This document shows positions 9,884-19,372 of a stretch of DNA of 64,000 bases, in pieces. The notes below the pieces were generated by a model, which did not search any database, had not been told where the DNA came from, and saw only the letters and a list, made by a program, of their open reading frames with translations. This DNA is from a virus (lineage: Duplodnaviria > Caudoviricetes), in the IMG/VR virus record IMGVR_UViG_3300028364_000013; one strand, 5' to 3'. The position numbers and the translations under genes were made by a program. Each line of letters opens with the position of its first letter. Position 1 is the stretch's first letter.

Positions 9884-10147
9884 ATGAACGAATCGAATAA
9901 AACAGAGATTGTCTGGAACCAGACTGGTACCAATATTGTGGGATTTGTGGTTGACGGAGAAAATATGGGAGCCGAAGCATTCAATGAGATGATGCAAATA
10001 GCAGGACTTTCAACAATTAGCATAAGCACGCAGCTAACAAATCTTAAGGAGAGAATTACGCATGAGCGAACAATTACAGAAAAATTATTGACGCTCGATA
10101 CAATAATAGGAGTTATGATGAAGAAAATAAAAATAGACCACTGCTAA
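9884..10147 (+). CDS. C-terminal [HY]C tag family protein
   Basis: ends KKIKIDHC. Confidence 0.7.
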   Translation: MNESNKTEIVWNQTGTNIVGFVVDGENMGAEAFNEMMQIAGLSTISISTQLTNLKERITHERTITEKLLTLDTIIGVMMKKIKIDHC

Positions 10148-10485
10148 TGACAAAAGAAGAGATAAAATTGCCAACAGAAGAATACACCTATGAATTCCAT
10201 GGCACCGAGTTCTCAATTAAGCCTGTTTCACAAGAAACAAGAGAGCTGTTGGAACTGTATGGCATTGACATAGAAGCAGCTCTCACAAGCATTCTTAAAA
10301 AAGAAATTGATAAGGAAATAGCTAAAACAAAAACAATTGAACTTAGCACTCTTTCTCTGGAGGGAAGAGTAGAGAAGATGAAGTCAATGCTTGATACAGA
10401 TATTCCAGACTTTCTTAGGAAAGATATTCTGGCAAACCTCTTGACTGTGATGGAGAAGAAAATAAGAAAGGACTACTGTGAGTGA
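10147..10485 (+). CDS. C-terminal [HY]C tag family protein
   Basis: ends KKIRKDYCE. Confidence 0.75.
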   Translation: MTKEEIKLPTEEYTYEFHGTEFSIKPVSQETRELLELYGIDIEAALTSILKKEIDKEIAKTKTIELSTLSLEGRVEKMKSMLDTDIPDFLRKDILANLLTVMEKKIRKDYCE

Positions 10486-10573
10486 ACAGAATATATATGA
10501 CCCCAACGAGTTCAAGCCCAAGAAATGCATCCACCTAATGCACTATAACATAAAAGAGAAGCATTGTGAGTAA
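10478..10573 (+). CDS. C-terminal [HY]C tag family peptide (31 aa)
   Basis: GTG start; ends NIKEKHCE; below ORF-track cutoff. Confidence 0.55.
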   Translation: MSEQNIYDPNEFKPKKCIHLMHYNIKEKHCE

Positions 10574-10856
10574 GGATAATAAAAGAACGTTTGTCGTGTA
10601 TCCAAATACAGTTAGCGATGAGGATATGGAACGGTTTCTTGCAAGTTTGAGGAAATCGCTTAGAATGCCACCCATTCATATGAGGGACATTTTTATTGAT
10701 ACCAAGGATAGCATTGAGAATAATGTTGAATCTCATAAGAGATATTCAGATGCTTACTTTAAACAAGGAGAGTATAAAGATGAGTTTACCATGTATCACC
10801 TGGAGAAATATTTGTATTACATGAATTTATTAATTTTAAAAAAACACTGTGCATAA
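10566..10856 (+). CDS. C-terminal [HY]C tag family protein
   Basis: ends LILKKHCA. Confidence 0.75.
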   Translation: MSKDNKRTFVVYPNTVSDEDMERFLASLRKSLRMPPIHMRDIFIDTKDSIENNVESHKRYSDAYFKQGEYKDEFTMYHLEKYLYYMNLLILKKHCA

Positions 10857-11106
10857 AGGAAAAGAATTTATACCGCCAGGGATTATAACTCCAAAAGGAG
10901 AACTTATATATTTAAACTTCCAAGTTACTTCTACTGAAAAAATCATAGAACAGACTTTTTCCCTGGAGGACAACATTCGTCACTACGACATTAATTATGA
11001 ATGCAACAAAGACTCCATGTTATCTCTTGGGAGAGCATGTGACGCACTTATGAAATCAATTTACTACAGGATGAAAAAGATACTTAGAGACCATGGCGAA
11101 TATTAG
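10849..11106 (+). CDS. C-terminal tag family protein
   Basis: ends RMKKILRDHGEY. Confidence 0.7.
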   Translation: MHKGKEFIPPGIITPKGELIYLNFQVTSTEKIIEQTFSLEDNIRHYDINYECNKDSMLSLGRACDALMKSIYYRMKKILRDHGEY

Positions 11107-11299
11107 AAGAAGGAGGGGAGGCAAGGTCACCGAGAACCAAATTATTAACTGGGAAACCGTCCATCAAGAATATTTAGACAATCTCTACGATAATACCATT
11201 GAAATGTCATATGAAGAATGTGCTGAAATGTCAGTGTTTTCAATATTTAAGGTAATACAACTTAGAATGATAAAAATAAAACAAGACCACTGTGGATGA
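11093..11299 (+). CDS. C-terminal [HY]C tag family protein
   Basis: ends RMIKIKQDHCG. Confidence 0.7.
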   Translation: MANIRRRRGGKVTENQIINWETVHQEYLDNLYDNTIEMSYEECAEMSVFSIFKVIQLRMIKIKQDHCG

Positions 11300-11531
11300 T
11301 TTTAGAAATGATATAAACGAATTGGAATATAGGACCAAAATTTATGACCTTGATTATGTTAAGTACTGCAAGGCTATGGATTGCGGATATGTAAGTCACA
11401 TTAGAAGTGACGGTTCAGTTCAGAATAGACTTGGCTCCAAGAGAGGGTGGGAAGAAACCGCACTCTTCTGTGTAACAAATTCAATTGAATATAGGATGAT
11501 GTTAATTAAATTGAAGCATTGTGATAAATAA
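11292..11531 (+). CDS. C-terminal [HY]C tag family protein
   Basis: ends RMMLIKLKHCDK. Confidence 0.7.
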   Translation: MDDFRNDINELEYRTKIYDLDYVKYCKAMDCGYVSHIRSDGSVQNRLGSKRGWEETALFCVTNSIEYRMMLIKLKHCDK

Positions 11532-11706
11532 CCTAACAAAAGAAGAAGTCAATGGAGTTCTCAAGCAACAAGGTTTGACGCTGGAGCAATTGTTGAATCT
11601 AATGGAAAGTAATTTAAGAATCATGGGAGAAGACAAACAAGAGGAGTCTCACTATTGGATTATTAAATTGCATTACCATAAAATATATAGAAAACACTGT
11701 GAGTAA
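11521..11706 (+). CDS. C-terminal [HY]C tag family protein
   Basis: ends KIYRKHCE. Confidence 0.7.
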   Translation: MINNLTKEEVNGVLKQQGLTLEQLLNLMESNLRIMGEDKQEESHYWIIKLHYHKIYRKHCE

Positions 11707-11887
11707 GATTACAAGAGAAGAAATAATTAAGTGGGAAACCAGGTGCAACCAATCAATAGGAGATTATGAAACTGAAGTCCATTTCTGGGGCCTCAGCACA
11801 GGTACTCATGAACTCGTTAGAGCTTATCGTTTCCTGGATTTGGCTGTCAGGTGTAGGCGTGAAAAAATAATACAAGATTACTGCTAA
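11699..11887 (+). CDS. C-terminal [HY]C tag family protein
   Basis: ends EKIIQDYC. Confidence 0.7.
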   Translation: MSKITREEIIKWETRCNQSIGDYETEVHFWGLSTGTHELVRAYRFLDLAVRCRREKIIQDYC

Positions 11888-12055
11888 TGAATGAAGATAT
11901 AGAACTCTGGGAATTTAAGTACGAAGAATATACTCGAACATTTGAAGAGAAAAAAGATGGGCCTATCAGAAACTTCGTTGCTGCACCTTGCATATAAGTG
12001 TCTTGTCATTTCTCACATACATAGAATGAAGAAACTATTCAAAGACCACTGTTAA
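11887..12055 (+). CDS. C-terminal [HY]C tag family protein, apparent frameshift at A6 run 11950-11955
   Basis: shifted frame ends RMKKLFKDHC. Confidence 0.55.
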
Positions 12056-12076
12056 CTTGTTCCCAAAATTTACAAT

Positions 12077-12540
12077 AAAAAATTTGGGAAAAAATTTTTA
12101 AGGATTCACTTTTTGTAAGTCCATAGGAAAAAGGGGCACCCCCTTATACGGACCCCCTACCCCCCAGAGAAAGTTTCTTGTTCGTCATGACGAATGAACA
12201 ATATCTTTGAGTGCGGCAAATAGAACACCTAATCGCAGCGCTTTATGCGGCAAATAATTCCGATGGTCATTCCGCTCGTTAAAGCTTTGCTATCAGTGTT
12301 GTGTAGAGGTTTTTTCTCAGAGAGATTCCGATGGTCATTCCGAGCGTAATTGGTCCAGAAATTAGCTTAAAAAATTTGGGAAAAAATTTTTAAGGATTGA
12401 CTTATTAACAAAGAGAAAACTTTTCCTCGTCATGATGAAAGAACTATTTATTCCGAACGTTACGGCAGTTAGCTATCCTAATCGCAGTAAAGGATGCGGC
12501 AAATAAGTATTAAGAAAATTCCGATGGTCATTCCGAACGT
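12077..12540. repeat. imperfect tandem repeats in non-coding region
   Basis: AAAAAATTTGGGAAAAAATTTTTAAGGATT at 12077 and 12369; ATTCCGATGGTCATTCCG at 12257, 12325, 12518; GCGGCAAATA x3; CCTAATCGCAG x2. Confidence 0.9.
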
Positions 12541-12856
12541 ATTATAAGCCCAGGAGCTTATATTGTCCTTTATAAGCAATATAGCTTATATTCACAATTC
12601 TCAAAGACATTCTATAGGACATTTTGTCCTTGACGGGATTGGTTGAGAAAAATAATAATAAACCTGGAGCAACAATGCGTATGATAGGGAATATACGTTG
12701 GTTGAGAATATTGTAAAAAAAATGGGGAAAAATTCGTGAGAGGTCTTGGACCCCCTATGGAGGGGCGGCTTTTTTAGGGGCTTATTTTCCTTCCGAGCCT
12801 TAAATAGACCCCTTAAATAAGAGCCTATCTGTAAGGGGCTTAAACAGGGTAGGGGG

Positions 12857-12997
12857 TTAGTACCTCTTACCTTTGTGCTTTGCCTTTCGTGTGTACGTCT
12901 TCTTAGACTTGTGTACGCTATGCTTCATTGCATCTTGTATCTCACCTTGCGTCAATTGAATGACTTCAAACTTTGGTGCTTTAATATCTTTGCTCAT
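12857..12997 (-). CDS. small basic protein (46 aa)
   Basis: MSKDIKAPK...VHKSKKTYTRKAKHKGKRY after a minus-strand pA. Confidence 0.7.
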   Translation of the reverse strand: MSKDIKAPKFEVIQLTQGEIQDAMKHSVHKSKKTYTRKAKHKGKRY

Positions 12998-13046
12998 AAT
13001 TTCTACTTGTTTGGTTACATTAATATAACGACAGGAATTTAAAAAG

Positions 13047-13307
13047 TTACAATTTTAATTTTACAAGCATTATCTTTGTATATTCATCAAGAATATCACC
13101 AGCGCTTTTAGAGACAAGAATGTTTTTGTTTTTGTTTTTTAAGGTATATACCCTGTCGGCATAGAATCCAGGCTGCTTGTTAATATTAATATTGGTTACT
13201 GTTACTTCACCGTCAGCTGAATGGTACTCTTCAAAGCAAATGACTCCTGAATCTCTTACAGTATTCTCCTGAATTTTGTTCTTTTGCTCTTGCGTTAAAT
13301 CAATCAT
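13047..13307 (-). CDS. hypothetical protein
   Basis: ORF after minus-strand pA. Confidence 0.75.
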   Translation of the reverse strand: MIDLTQEQKNKIQENTVRDSGVICFEEYHSADGEVTVTNININKQPGFYADRVYTLKNKNKNILVSKSAGDILDEYTKIMLVKLKL

Positions 13308-13369
13308 CTTTTAATGTTTTTATTGGTTACATATATATAACGACCAAAATTCAAAAAGTTACAAAGATA

Positions 13370-13397
13370 TAGAACATTAATTTTTATTTGCGTATAA
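13370..13397 (+). promoter_or_regulatory. class B ECF-like promoter at left island edge
   Basis: TAGAAC-N15-16-CGTATAA, back-to-back with a minus-strand pA. Confidence 0.65.
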
Positions 13398-13491
13398 GAA
13401 AGTAAGCGAACTTTCTAAGGTAGAAATTTGATTTTGTAACTTTTTAAAAACATATCGTTATAAGTATGTAACCAATAATAAAACAAACATT

Positions 13492-14061
13492 ATGAAAAAT
13501 TTAGTAAGAATTACAAGAGACCAAGCAGTAACAATGTTCACTAACTACAAAAAAGAAGTTTCGGCTTCGGGTGTAGCATTTTCAAACATTGCATACTTAG
13601 TAGACGAGTCAAAGTCTAAAACTGTAAAAGGTAAGAAAGTTTTACAGAAAATGGTTGAAACGAACGCAACAATAGGGAGTGATTATGCAAAGAAAGTTAA
13701 CAAAATTCTTGACAGAGAGGGAAAGGAAATTGTTTTTGAAGCGCAACCAATGAGAGGTAAAGATTATGTTTCAGAAGGAAACCCAGTGTGTATGGACACA
13801 AAGACACAAGAAAAAAGATACTTAGTATTCATTGTTGAAGGACATTCAAAGCCACAAACACAATTGATTTTAGATGGAAAGTTAGTTGACCGTAAAGATG
13901 TTTGGAATGATACTTACATTACACCTGCGGGATTGAAACCAAATGCAGTTGCAGGACGTGGAACGATTAACGAAGAAAATAACTTCTTTTTCAGAACGCT
14001 TGACTTTAACAACTTAATTTCTTTCAATATGAATGGTAATATGTACCTAATTGAGGGATAA
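13492..14061 (+). CDS. hypothetical protein
   Basis: ORF after pA. Confidence 0.85.
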   Translation: MKNLVRITRDQAVTMFTNYKKEVSASGVAFSNIAYLVDESKSKTVKGKKVLQKMVETNATIGSDYAKKVNKILDREGKEIVFEAQPMRGKDYVSEGNPVCMDTKTQEKRYLVFIVEGHSKPQTQLILDGKLVDRKDVWNDTYITPAGLKPNAVAGRGTINEENNFFFRTLDFNNLISFNMNGNMYLIEG

Positions 14062-14079
14062 GAAACGAAACAACAACGA

Positions 14080-14108
14080 GGGGGGCGAATTGCTCCCCTT
14101 TTTTTTTA
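14080..14108 (+). terminator. intrinsic terminator
   Basis: GAGGGGGGCG-AAT-TGCTCCCCT plus T-run. Confidence 0.7.
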
Positions 14109-14129
14109 TAAACTTAGAAACTCTCCCTA

Positions 14130-14348
14130 ATGGCAAAGATAGTATTATTAGAAGATGCAAAAAAGATGATTGGCGGACTTGTTAAGGCAGTTGGTACGTG
14201 TGGCATTGGCGATGGCGTTACTGTGCATGGAATACTATTAGAACTCTCCCCAATACCTATTGTATTGGTCTTAAAAGGTAACGGGCATAGCCAGCCTTAC
14301 TCAGTAGATAAAAACACCTTAGAACGCATTGAAACTCTCCCTAATTAG
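14130..14348 (+). CDS. hypothetical protein
   Basis: ORF. Confidence 0.65.
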   Translation: MAKIVLLEDAKKMIGGLVKAVGTCGIGDGVTVHGILLELSPIPIVLVLKGNGHSQPYSVDKNTLERIETLPN

Positions 14349-14405
14349 ATTGTAACTTTTTGAATTGCTATCGTTATATCTATGTAACCAATAAAGATAA
14401 ACAAA

Positions 14406-14648
14406 ATGGCAATAGGATTCAACACACCGTCAAAAAGACAAGCAGAAGAGTTAGAAGGACAAAACTCTCCCCAACCTCAACAAATGGGCGAAATGCCTAC
14501 GGGTCACTTACAAGCTCAGACAATACAAAAAATGCAAGCCTTGGGCGATATGATTTGCTCACCAAATTTTGCAACTCTCCCCGTGGCACAAAAAGAAATG
14601 ATGTTAATTGATTTTGCATATTTCACAAACCTTGCAAACGTTTTGTAA
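14406..14648 (+). CDS. hypothetical protein
   Basis: after pA; stop is the TAA of the next pA. Confidence 0.75.
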   Translation: MAIGFNTPSKRQAEELEGQNSPQPQQMGEMPTGHLQAQTIQKMQALGDMICSPNFATLPVAQKEMMLIDFAYFTNLANVL

Positions 14649-14698
14649 CTTTTTAAATTCATTTCGTTATACACTTGTAACCAATAAAGACAAACAAA

Positions 14699-14962
14699 AT
14701 GGCAAAGCATTATAAGTACGAAAAATTAATGGAGCATAACCCGACAAGCTACGGAGCAATGACAAACTCAAAGGGTCAAGAGATAGAGTTCTTTGAGCAC
14801 CCAATGCAAGGAGATATGTCAGTTGTTATATGTGTATGCCACAAATTAGAGAAAGCGGCAGATAGCACGTTTTTTGAAACTGATGACATGGAAGCAGAGC
14901 ATGGAGAATATGAGCCAAGTTTTCAAAATGGAAAATTATATATTGGAGATTTTGAAGCTTAG
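14699..14962 (+). CDS. hypothetical protein
   Basis: after pA. Confidence 0.8.
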   Translation: MAKHYKYEKLMEHNPTSYGAMTNSKGQEIEFFEHPMQGDMSVVICVCHKLEKAADSTFFETDDMEAEHGEYEPSFQNGKLYIGDFEA

Positions 14963-15019
14963 ATAATTGTAACTTTTTGAAATCGTATCGTTATACACTT
15001 GTAACCAAAAACAAAAGAC

Positions 15020-15412
15020 ATGAAAATTATTTTAGATAAAGTAGAAGTTTTAGAGATGGTGCATAACGCACTTTGCAACGGAGGGTTAAGCGAACTCGCA
15101 ATGTGTTCGGTTCGATTAAACATAGTTCAAGAGGACTATGAGGAAGCGAAAAACACTTGGAACGCAGAGAATGACAATAGCCCGTGTCGTGAGGACATTT
15201 ACGCTCAAATTCTTAAAAGCGGAAAGCCTTTACAGTTTTTTGACTATGAGGGGGATGAAGCGTTAGAATTCACGCTTGAGGGTGCGATAGAAGCCCTTAG
15301 CAATGAAGATGCGTCTGAAATAGTGTTGACCTACAAAGAAGAGGGGGATGATGCGATAACGGCTACTGAATTGCTTCAGCACTGTTTATATGGAGAAGTA
15401 ATTTTTGGATAA
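15020..15412 (+). CDS. hypothetical protein
   Basis: after pA. Confidence 0.8.
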   Translation: MKIILDKVEVLEMVHNALCNGGLSELAMCSVRLNIVQEDYEEAKNTWNAENDNSPCREDIYAQILKSGKPLQFFDYEGDEALEFTLEGAIEALSNEDASEIVLTYKEEGDDAITATELLQHCLYGEVIFG

Positions 15413-15593
15413 GATGGTTGATAAAATTTATTACATAACAAACCCTTATAGTGATGAGGGTAGAACCACCAAAAACTTTGACATTCCAAAGTGTGGAAAA
15501 GAAAAGCGCAGAGAGAAGAGAAAAGCGCAGAGAAAGAAATTGTAACTTTTTGAAATCGTATCGTTATATGTATGTAACATAAAAACAACGACA

Positions 15594-16172
15594 ATGAAAG
15601 ACTTAACAAAAGAAATGCACTTCGAGGAAAACTGTAAGACAACCCTTGGAGAACTTGAAAGATTAGCAAACAGATTACTTGCAACGATTTGGACAATTGA
15701 TATTTACAGTTTCAAAGAAGCAAGTGTTATTAACTTAAAAGAATTGGGGTGGAAGTTTGAGTATAATTCAAGAAAAAGAGCAGCAGGTCTTTGTAATTAC
15801 AGAAACAAAACGATTTACCTTTCAAAGTATTTGGTAACTCAAAACTTAAGCAAAGGATTAGAATTTGAAAACACATTGCGTCACGAATTAGCGCACGCAC
15901 TTGATGGAGCAATGGGAGGAAGAAACCACCACAACAACGTGTGGAAAGCAATAGCAAGAAAAGTACTTTGCACCGCAGAAAGATGCTACAAGTCGGAGGA
16001 CATTAGCGACACTCAAAGTAAATACACATTAGTTTGTGAAAATGGATGCGGGAAAAAAAGTGCGAGTCACAAAAAGAAGAAAAGAATTAGTGCTTGTGGA
16101 AAATGTTGTAACGAACACAACAACGGAAGATACACCGAAAAGTATGCACTAACACAGATACAGAACTATTAA
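15594..16172 (+). CDS. SprT-like zinc metalloprotease domain protein
   Basis: RAAGLC, TLRHELAH (HExxH), HNNVWKAIA, C-terminal Cys cluster. Confidence 0.85.
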   Translation: MKDLTKEMHFEENCKTTLGELERLANRLLATIWTIDIYSFKEASVINLKELGWKFEYNSRKRAAGLCNYRNKTIYLSKYLVTQNLSKGLEFENTLRHELAHALDGAMGGRNHHNNVWKAIARKVLCTAERCYKSEDISDTQSKYTLVCENGCGKKSASHKKKKRISACGKCCNEHNNGRYTEKYALTQIQNY

Positions 16173-16289
16173 GAGATTATTGTTTGTGTGGTTACGACAA
16201 TAAGGGGAGGCTGAAAAGTCTCCCTTTTCTTTGTTTGCCCCGAACGAGCGAAGCGTTGTAACTTTTTAAATAACCATCGTTATATGAAT

Positions 16290-16364
16290 GTAGGTAGGAA
16301 ACTGATACGGGCATGACATTTCAAAAATGGCGGAAGAGTAGACTCCAACACGCCCTCTTTTTTT
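16290..16364 (+). ncRNA. candidate sRNA, GAGTAGACTCCA family (copy A)
   Basis: own pA, no ORF, GGGC...GCCC stem plus T-run. Confidence 0.55.
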
Positions 16365-16409
16365 AAAACTCTCCCTTGTAACTTTTTAAAACCTCATCGT
16401 TATACAGAT

Positions 16410-16622
16410 ATGAAACTAACGCAGACACCCAACGCAGAATTAAACGCTAAGGCAATGGATAATGCTTTGCCTGATGGAAATTACTTAACCTGCCCTAAGT
16501 GGGGATACAGTGAGCGTGAGGTGGTCATAAAGGATGGAATACTCTCTCTTGTAAATGACAGTGAACATAAGTTCACACAACATTGGTTTTTCAAAGTCAA
16601 TGATGTATTAAAGTCTTTGTAA
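16410..16622 (+). CDS. hypothetical protein (leaderless)
   Basis: ATG 5 nt after pA -10; stop inside next pA. Confidence 0.8.
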   Translation: MKLTQTPNAELNAKAMDNALPDGNYLTCPKWGYSEREVVIKDGILSLVNDSEHKFTQHWFFKVNDVLKSL

Positions 16623-16668
16623 CTTTTTAAAACTGTGTCGTTATACATACATAACCAACAAGACAATT

Positions 16669-17013
16669 ATGAAATTTTTATTTGGATTTAGCAACGGATG
16701 TTACTGGCTGATTATTAGAACCGCAGAGGAACTGGAATTTGCCCTGAAGCATATGAACATGACCAACAGAGCAATGGATGTTTATTTGGAGGCGTTGACA
16801 AACAATAAAGTAATTTACCTTAATGAAGCAGGCGGATACCATACTGGCAGAATTCAGAATACAGATAAAACTCAAATGATTGAGAAAGACGCTTCAAGAT
16901 TTCCAACGAAGATGGATAGGGTTGAGGTTTTGAAAGAGGAATTACTGGTAGAAATAAATGAACTGGAAGAGGCTTTAAATATGCCATTAACTAAAAAAAT
17001 TATACTGGACTAA
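16669..17013 (+). CDS. hypothetical protein
   Basis: after pA. Confidence 0.8.
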   Translation: MKFLFGFSNGCYWLIIRTAEELEFALKHMNMTNRAMDVYLEALTNNKVIYLNEAGGYHTGRIQNTDKTQMIEKDASRFPTKMDRVEVLKEELLVEINELEEALNMPLTKKIILD

Positions 17014-17342
17014 TGGAAGATATTTTAAACATATTAAAAGAACTTTTGATAGGGTTAGAGTTCAATGATAGGACTAATTATATTGTTGTATGCAAATTCA
17101 GCATGAGCAATGTTAGAGCGTGGGAAAGAGATGGGTTACCAGCCTCAATGAAAGGTGAGAAGCCAGACCAAGTAATTTACCTGATGCCAGAGATTTCTCA
17201 CAGACTTAACCAGAAGGAGCAGGTGTATAATTCAGCAAAAGCTCTGGAAGAACTTATGGGCTTGGGATACAAAGTGGATGTGTGCGCTACAAAGAATGAT
17301 TTTATTATGGGAGATGACAATTTTATAACTCTCCCTTTGTAA
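17013..17342 (+). CDS. hypothetical protein
   Basis: coupled; stop inside next pA. Confidence 0.75.
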   Translation: MEDILNILKELLIGLEFNDRTNYIVVCKFSMSNVRAWERDGLPASMKGEKPDQVIYLMPEISHRLNQKEQVYNSAKALEELMGLGYKVDVCATKNDFIMGDDNFITLPL

Positions 17343-17370
17343 CTTTTTAAACCTGAATCGTTATACAGAT

Positions 17371-17688
17371 ATGAAAACAGCAAAGAAAGATTTACAAGAG
17401 TGGGCAAAAGCAACCATAGCCGCAAAGGTTCAGGAGCTTGAGGCTGCAATGAGATTCATTCTAAGAAACCAGCAGTATGACGGATTCTTTGATGCTGATG
17501 ACGACAAGAACGAAGGTAGAGGCAGACAGGGAAGGGTGTATATTGAGATGGACGGTGAAACGCCTGTGTTATATGTCAACTGGGATGAGGTTTACGCTAT
17601 TAATGAGCAGGAGGCGTTATTTGAAGAACTTTTTGAAGGTGATTTCTCCAGCAACAAAGTAGTTAGAATTACAGGCGTGAAATTATGA
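17371..17688 (+). CDS. hypothetical protein (leaderless)
   Basis: ATG 5 nt after pA -10. Confidence 0.8.
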   Translation: MKTAKKDLQEWAKATIAAKVQELEAAMRFILRNQQYDGFFDADDDKNEGRGRQGRVYIEMDGETPVLYVNWDEVYAINEQEALFEELFEGDFSSNKVVRITGVKL

Positions 17689-17954
17689 ACAGGGCTTGGA
17701 TAGTATTCACCATTGATGACCAGCAGGTGTACCAGATAGAGTACAGGGGATGTACTGGACAGGATGTGATTGACGGATACAAAACCATGATTGCTGGTGA
17801 ATACAGGATACAGGAGTCGGATGTTCAGGTAAGTTTTAAGGATGACCTGAAGCAAGACCAGAAGACCGTCCTGAAGACAAAAGAAAAAATTACCAGCTCG
17901 GAGCTGGTCAGGGATACCTTAGAGATGTTAGTCCAGAAGGTGAACCAGAACTAA
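17685..17954 (+). CDS. hypothetical protein
   Basis: ATGA overlap. Confidence 0.75.
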   Translation: MNRAWIVFTIDDQQVYQIEYRGCTGQDVIDGYKTMIAGEYRIQESDVQVSFKDDLKQDQKTVLKTKEKITSSELVRDTLEMLVQKVNQN

Positions 17955-18086
17955 AAATATTATTGTTTGTTATATGTTACAATGTTACAAATAGAGAAGG
18001 CAGGGAGTTGTTACCCTGCCTTTTCGCATTTCTGTAACTTTTTAAAATGTCATCGTTATATAGATATAACCAATAAAACAAAAAAT

Positions 18087-18275
18087 ATGTCAAATCAAGA
18101 AGTAATAAAAAAAGTAGAAAAAGAATTACCAGAATTCGTAAAAGCCTGTTCTGGAGATGAAGGAACAATTTTATTAACTCAAGAAGCTTTTGCAAACGAA
18201 GAAGCTGAGTTATTAGGTATTGCAATTAAGTATGCTGGTATTAAAAACAAAGAAATAATGATAATACCAGCTTAG
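18087..18275 (+). CDS. hypothetical protein
   Basis: after pA. Confidence 0.75.
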   Translation: MSNQEVIKKVEKELPEFVKACSGDEGTILLTQEAFANEEAELLGIAIKYAGIKNKEIMIIPA

Positions 18276-18377
18276 TATTTCTTGAATATACGATAATTAA
18301 GAGGGCTTATGTCCTCTTTTTTAGTTTGTAACTTTTTAAACATTCATCGTTATATAGATGTAACCAAAACAAAAGAC

Positions 18378-18560
18378 ATGACAAATCCAGTACAACAAGG
18401 CTCTCAAATTAAATTTTATGGAACTGATTACACAGTAGATTCAGTTGGTTCAGCAAAGAATGATGAGATTATGGATGCCGTTGTGGTGACAATGGGCAAC
18501 GGAGTTCAAAAGACTTTGTGGTGGACGGATAGAGAAGGGTGTACAGTAGTTAAGTTTTAA
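18378..18560 (+). CDS. hypothetical protein
   Basis: after pA. Confidence 0.75.
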   Translation: MTNPVQQGSQIKFYGTDYTVDSVGSAKNDEIMDAVVVTMGNGVQKTLWWTDREGCTVVKF

Positions 18561-18592
18561 TTGTAACTTTTTAAAACCTCATCGTTATACTG

Positions 18593-18789
18593 CTGTAACA
18601 GATGGTTGTATGAGTAGTTTCTGAATTAAAAACTAAAGAAATTGGAAGAAGAACAAGAGAAATTAAGAGATGAATTTGAGAAAAAGACCTATAATAAATG
18701 TTGGTCTGAACCTCATTTTAATGATGTATTATTTAGCGATAGGTATGTTAAATGGTTGGAGGAGCAATTACTTATACAACGTGTTAGCA
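18593..18789 (+). mobile_element. attC-like long palindromic element
   Basis: CTGTAAC ... GTTGTATGAGTAG / TTACTTATACAAC ... GTTAGCA. Confidence 0.5.
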
Positions 18790-18835
18790 ATAGCGAAGCG
18801 TAGTTTTAATGTGTGACAACATAAAAACAACAGAA

Positions 18836-19021
18836 ATGAAAAGAATAATTTTTAGCGGATTAGATAAGTACATTTTTTCAAACATAGAGGACGGTATGTT
18901 AATTGAAAAGAATGGTCAAGAAGTTGGGGTGTATCCAGGATTTGAAGTTGGCGAAAATTTGGAGGGTGATTATTTGATTGAATTGGCTGAAGAATTTGAA
19001 GAAGACCTTGAAGAGGATTAA
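18836..19021 (+). CDS. hypothetical acidic protein
   Basis: ORF. Confidence 0.7.
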   Translation: MKRIIFSGLDKYIFSNIEDGMLIEKNGQEVGVYPGFEVGENLEGDYLIELAEEFEEDLEED

Positions 19022-19238
19022 ATTGTAACTTTTTAAAATACAGTCGTTATACAGATAAGAACCAATAAAATAAAGAAGCCATGAAAAAAAGATTCTGATA
19101 CAGCAAAGTCTGAACTTCCAAAAAACAGAGATTAACAACTGCAAGAGCAGACCTGATTTTTCCTAATCATAACTCGTCCTCACAAGGGGCGGGAAAAACG
19201 TGATTTGTAACTTTTTGAAATCGTATCGTTATACAAAT

Positions 19239-19289
19239 AGGAAACGGGCCTGGCTTTATAAGTCGGAAGAGTAGACTCCAACCTGCCTT
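19239..19289 (+). ncRNA. candidate sRNA, GAGTAGACTCCA family (copy B)
   Basis: own pA; CTGGCTT-TAT-AAGTCGG hairpin plus GAAGAGTAGACTCCAACCTGCC. Confidence 0.6.
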
Positions 19290-19372
19290 ATATTTTCCTT
19301 GTTCGTCATGACGAATGAAATTGTAACTTTTTGAATTACTATCGTTATATGCTTGTAACCAATACAAAAGAC

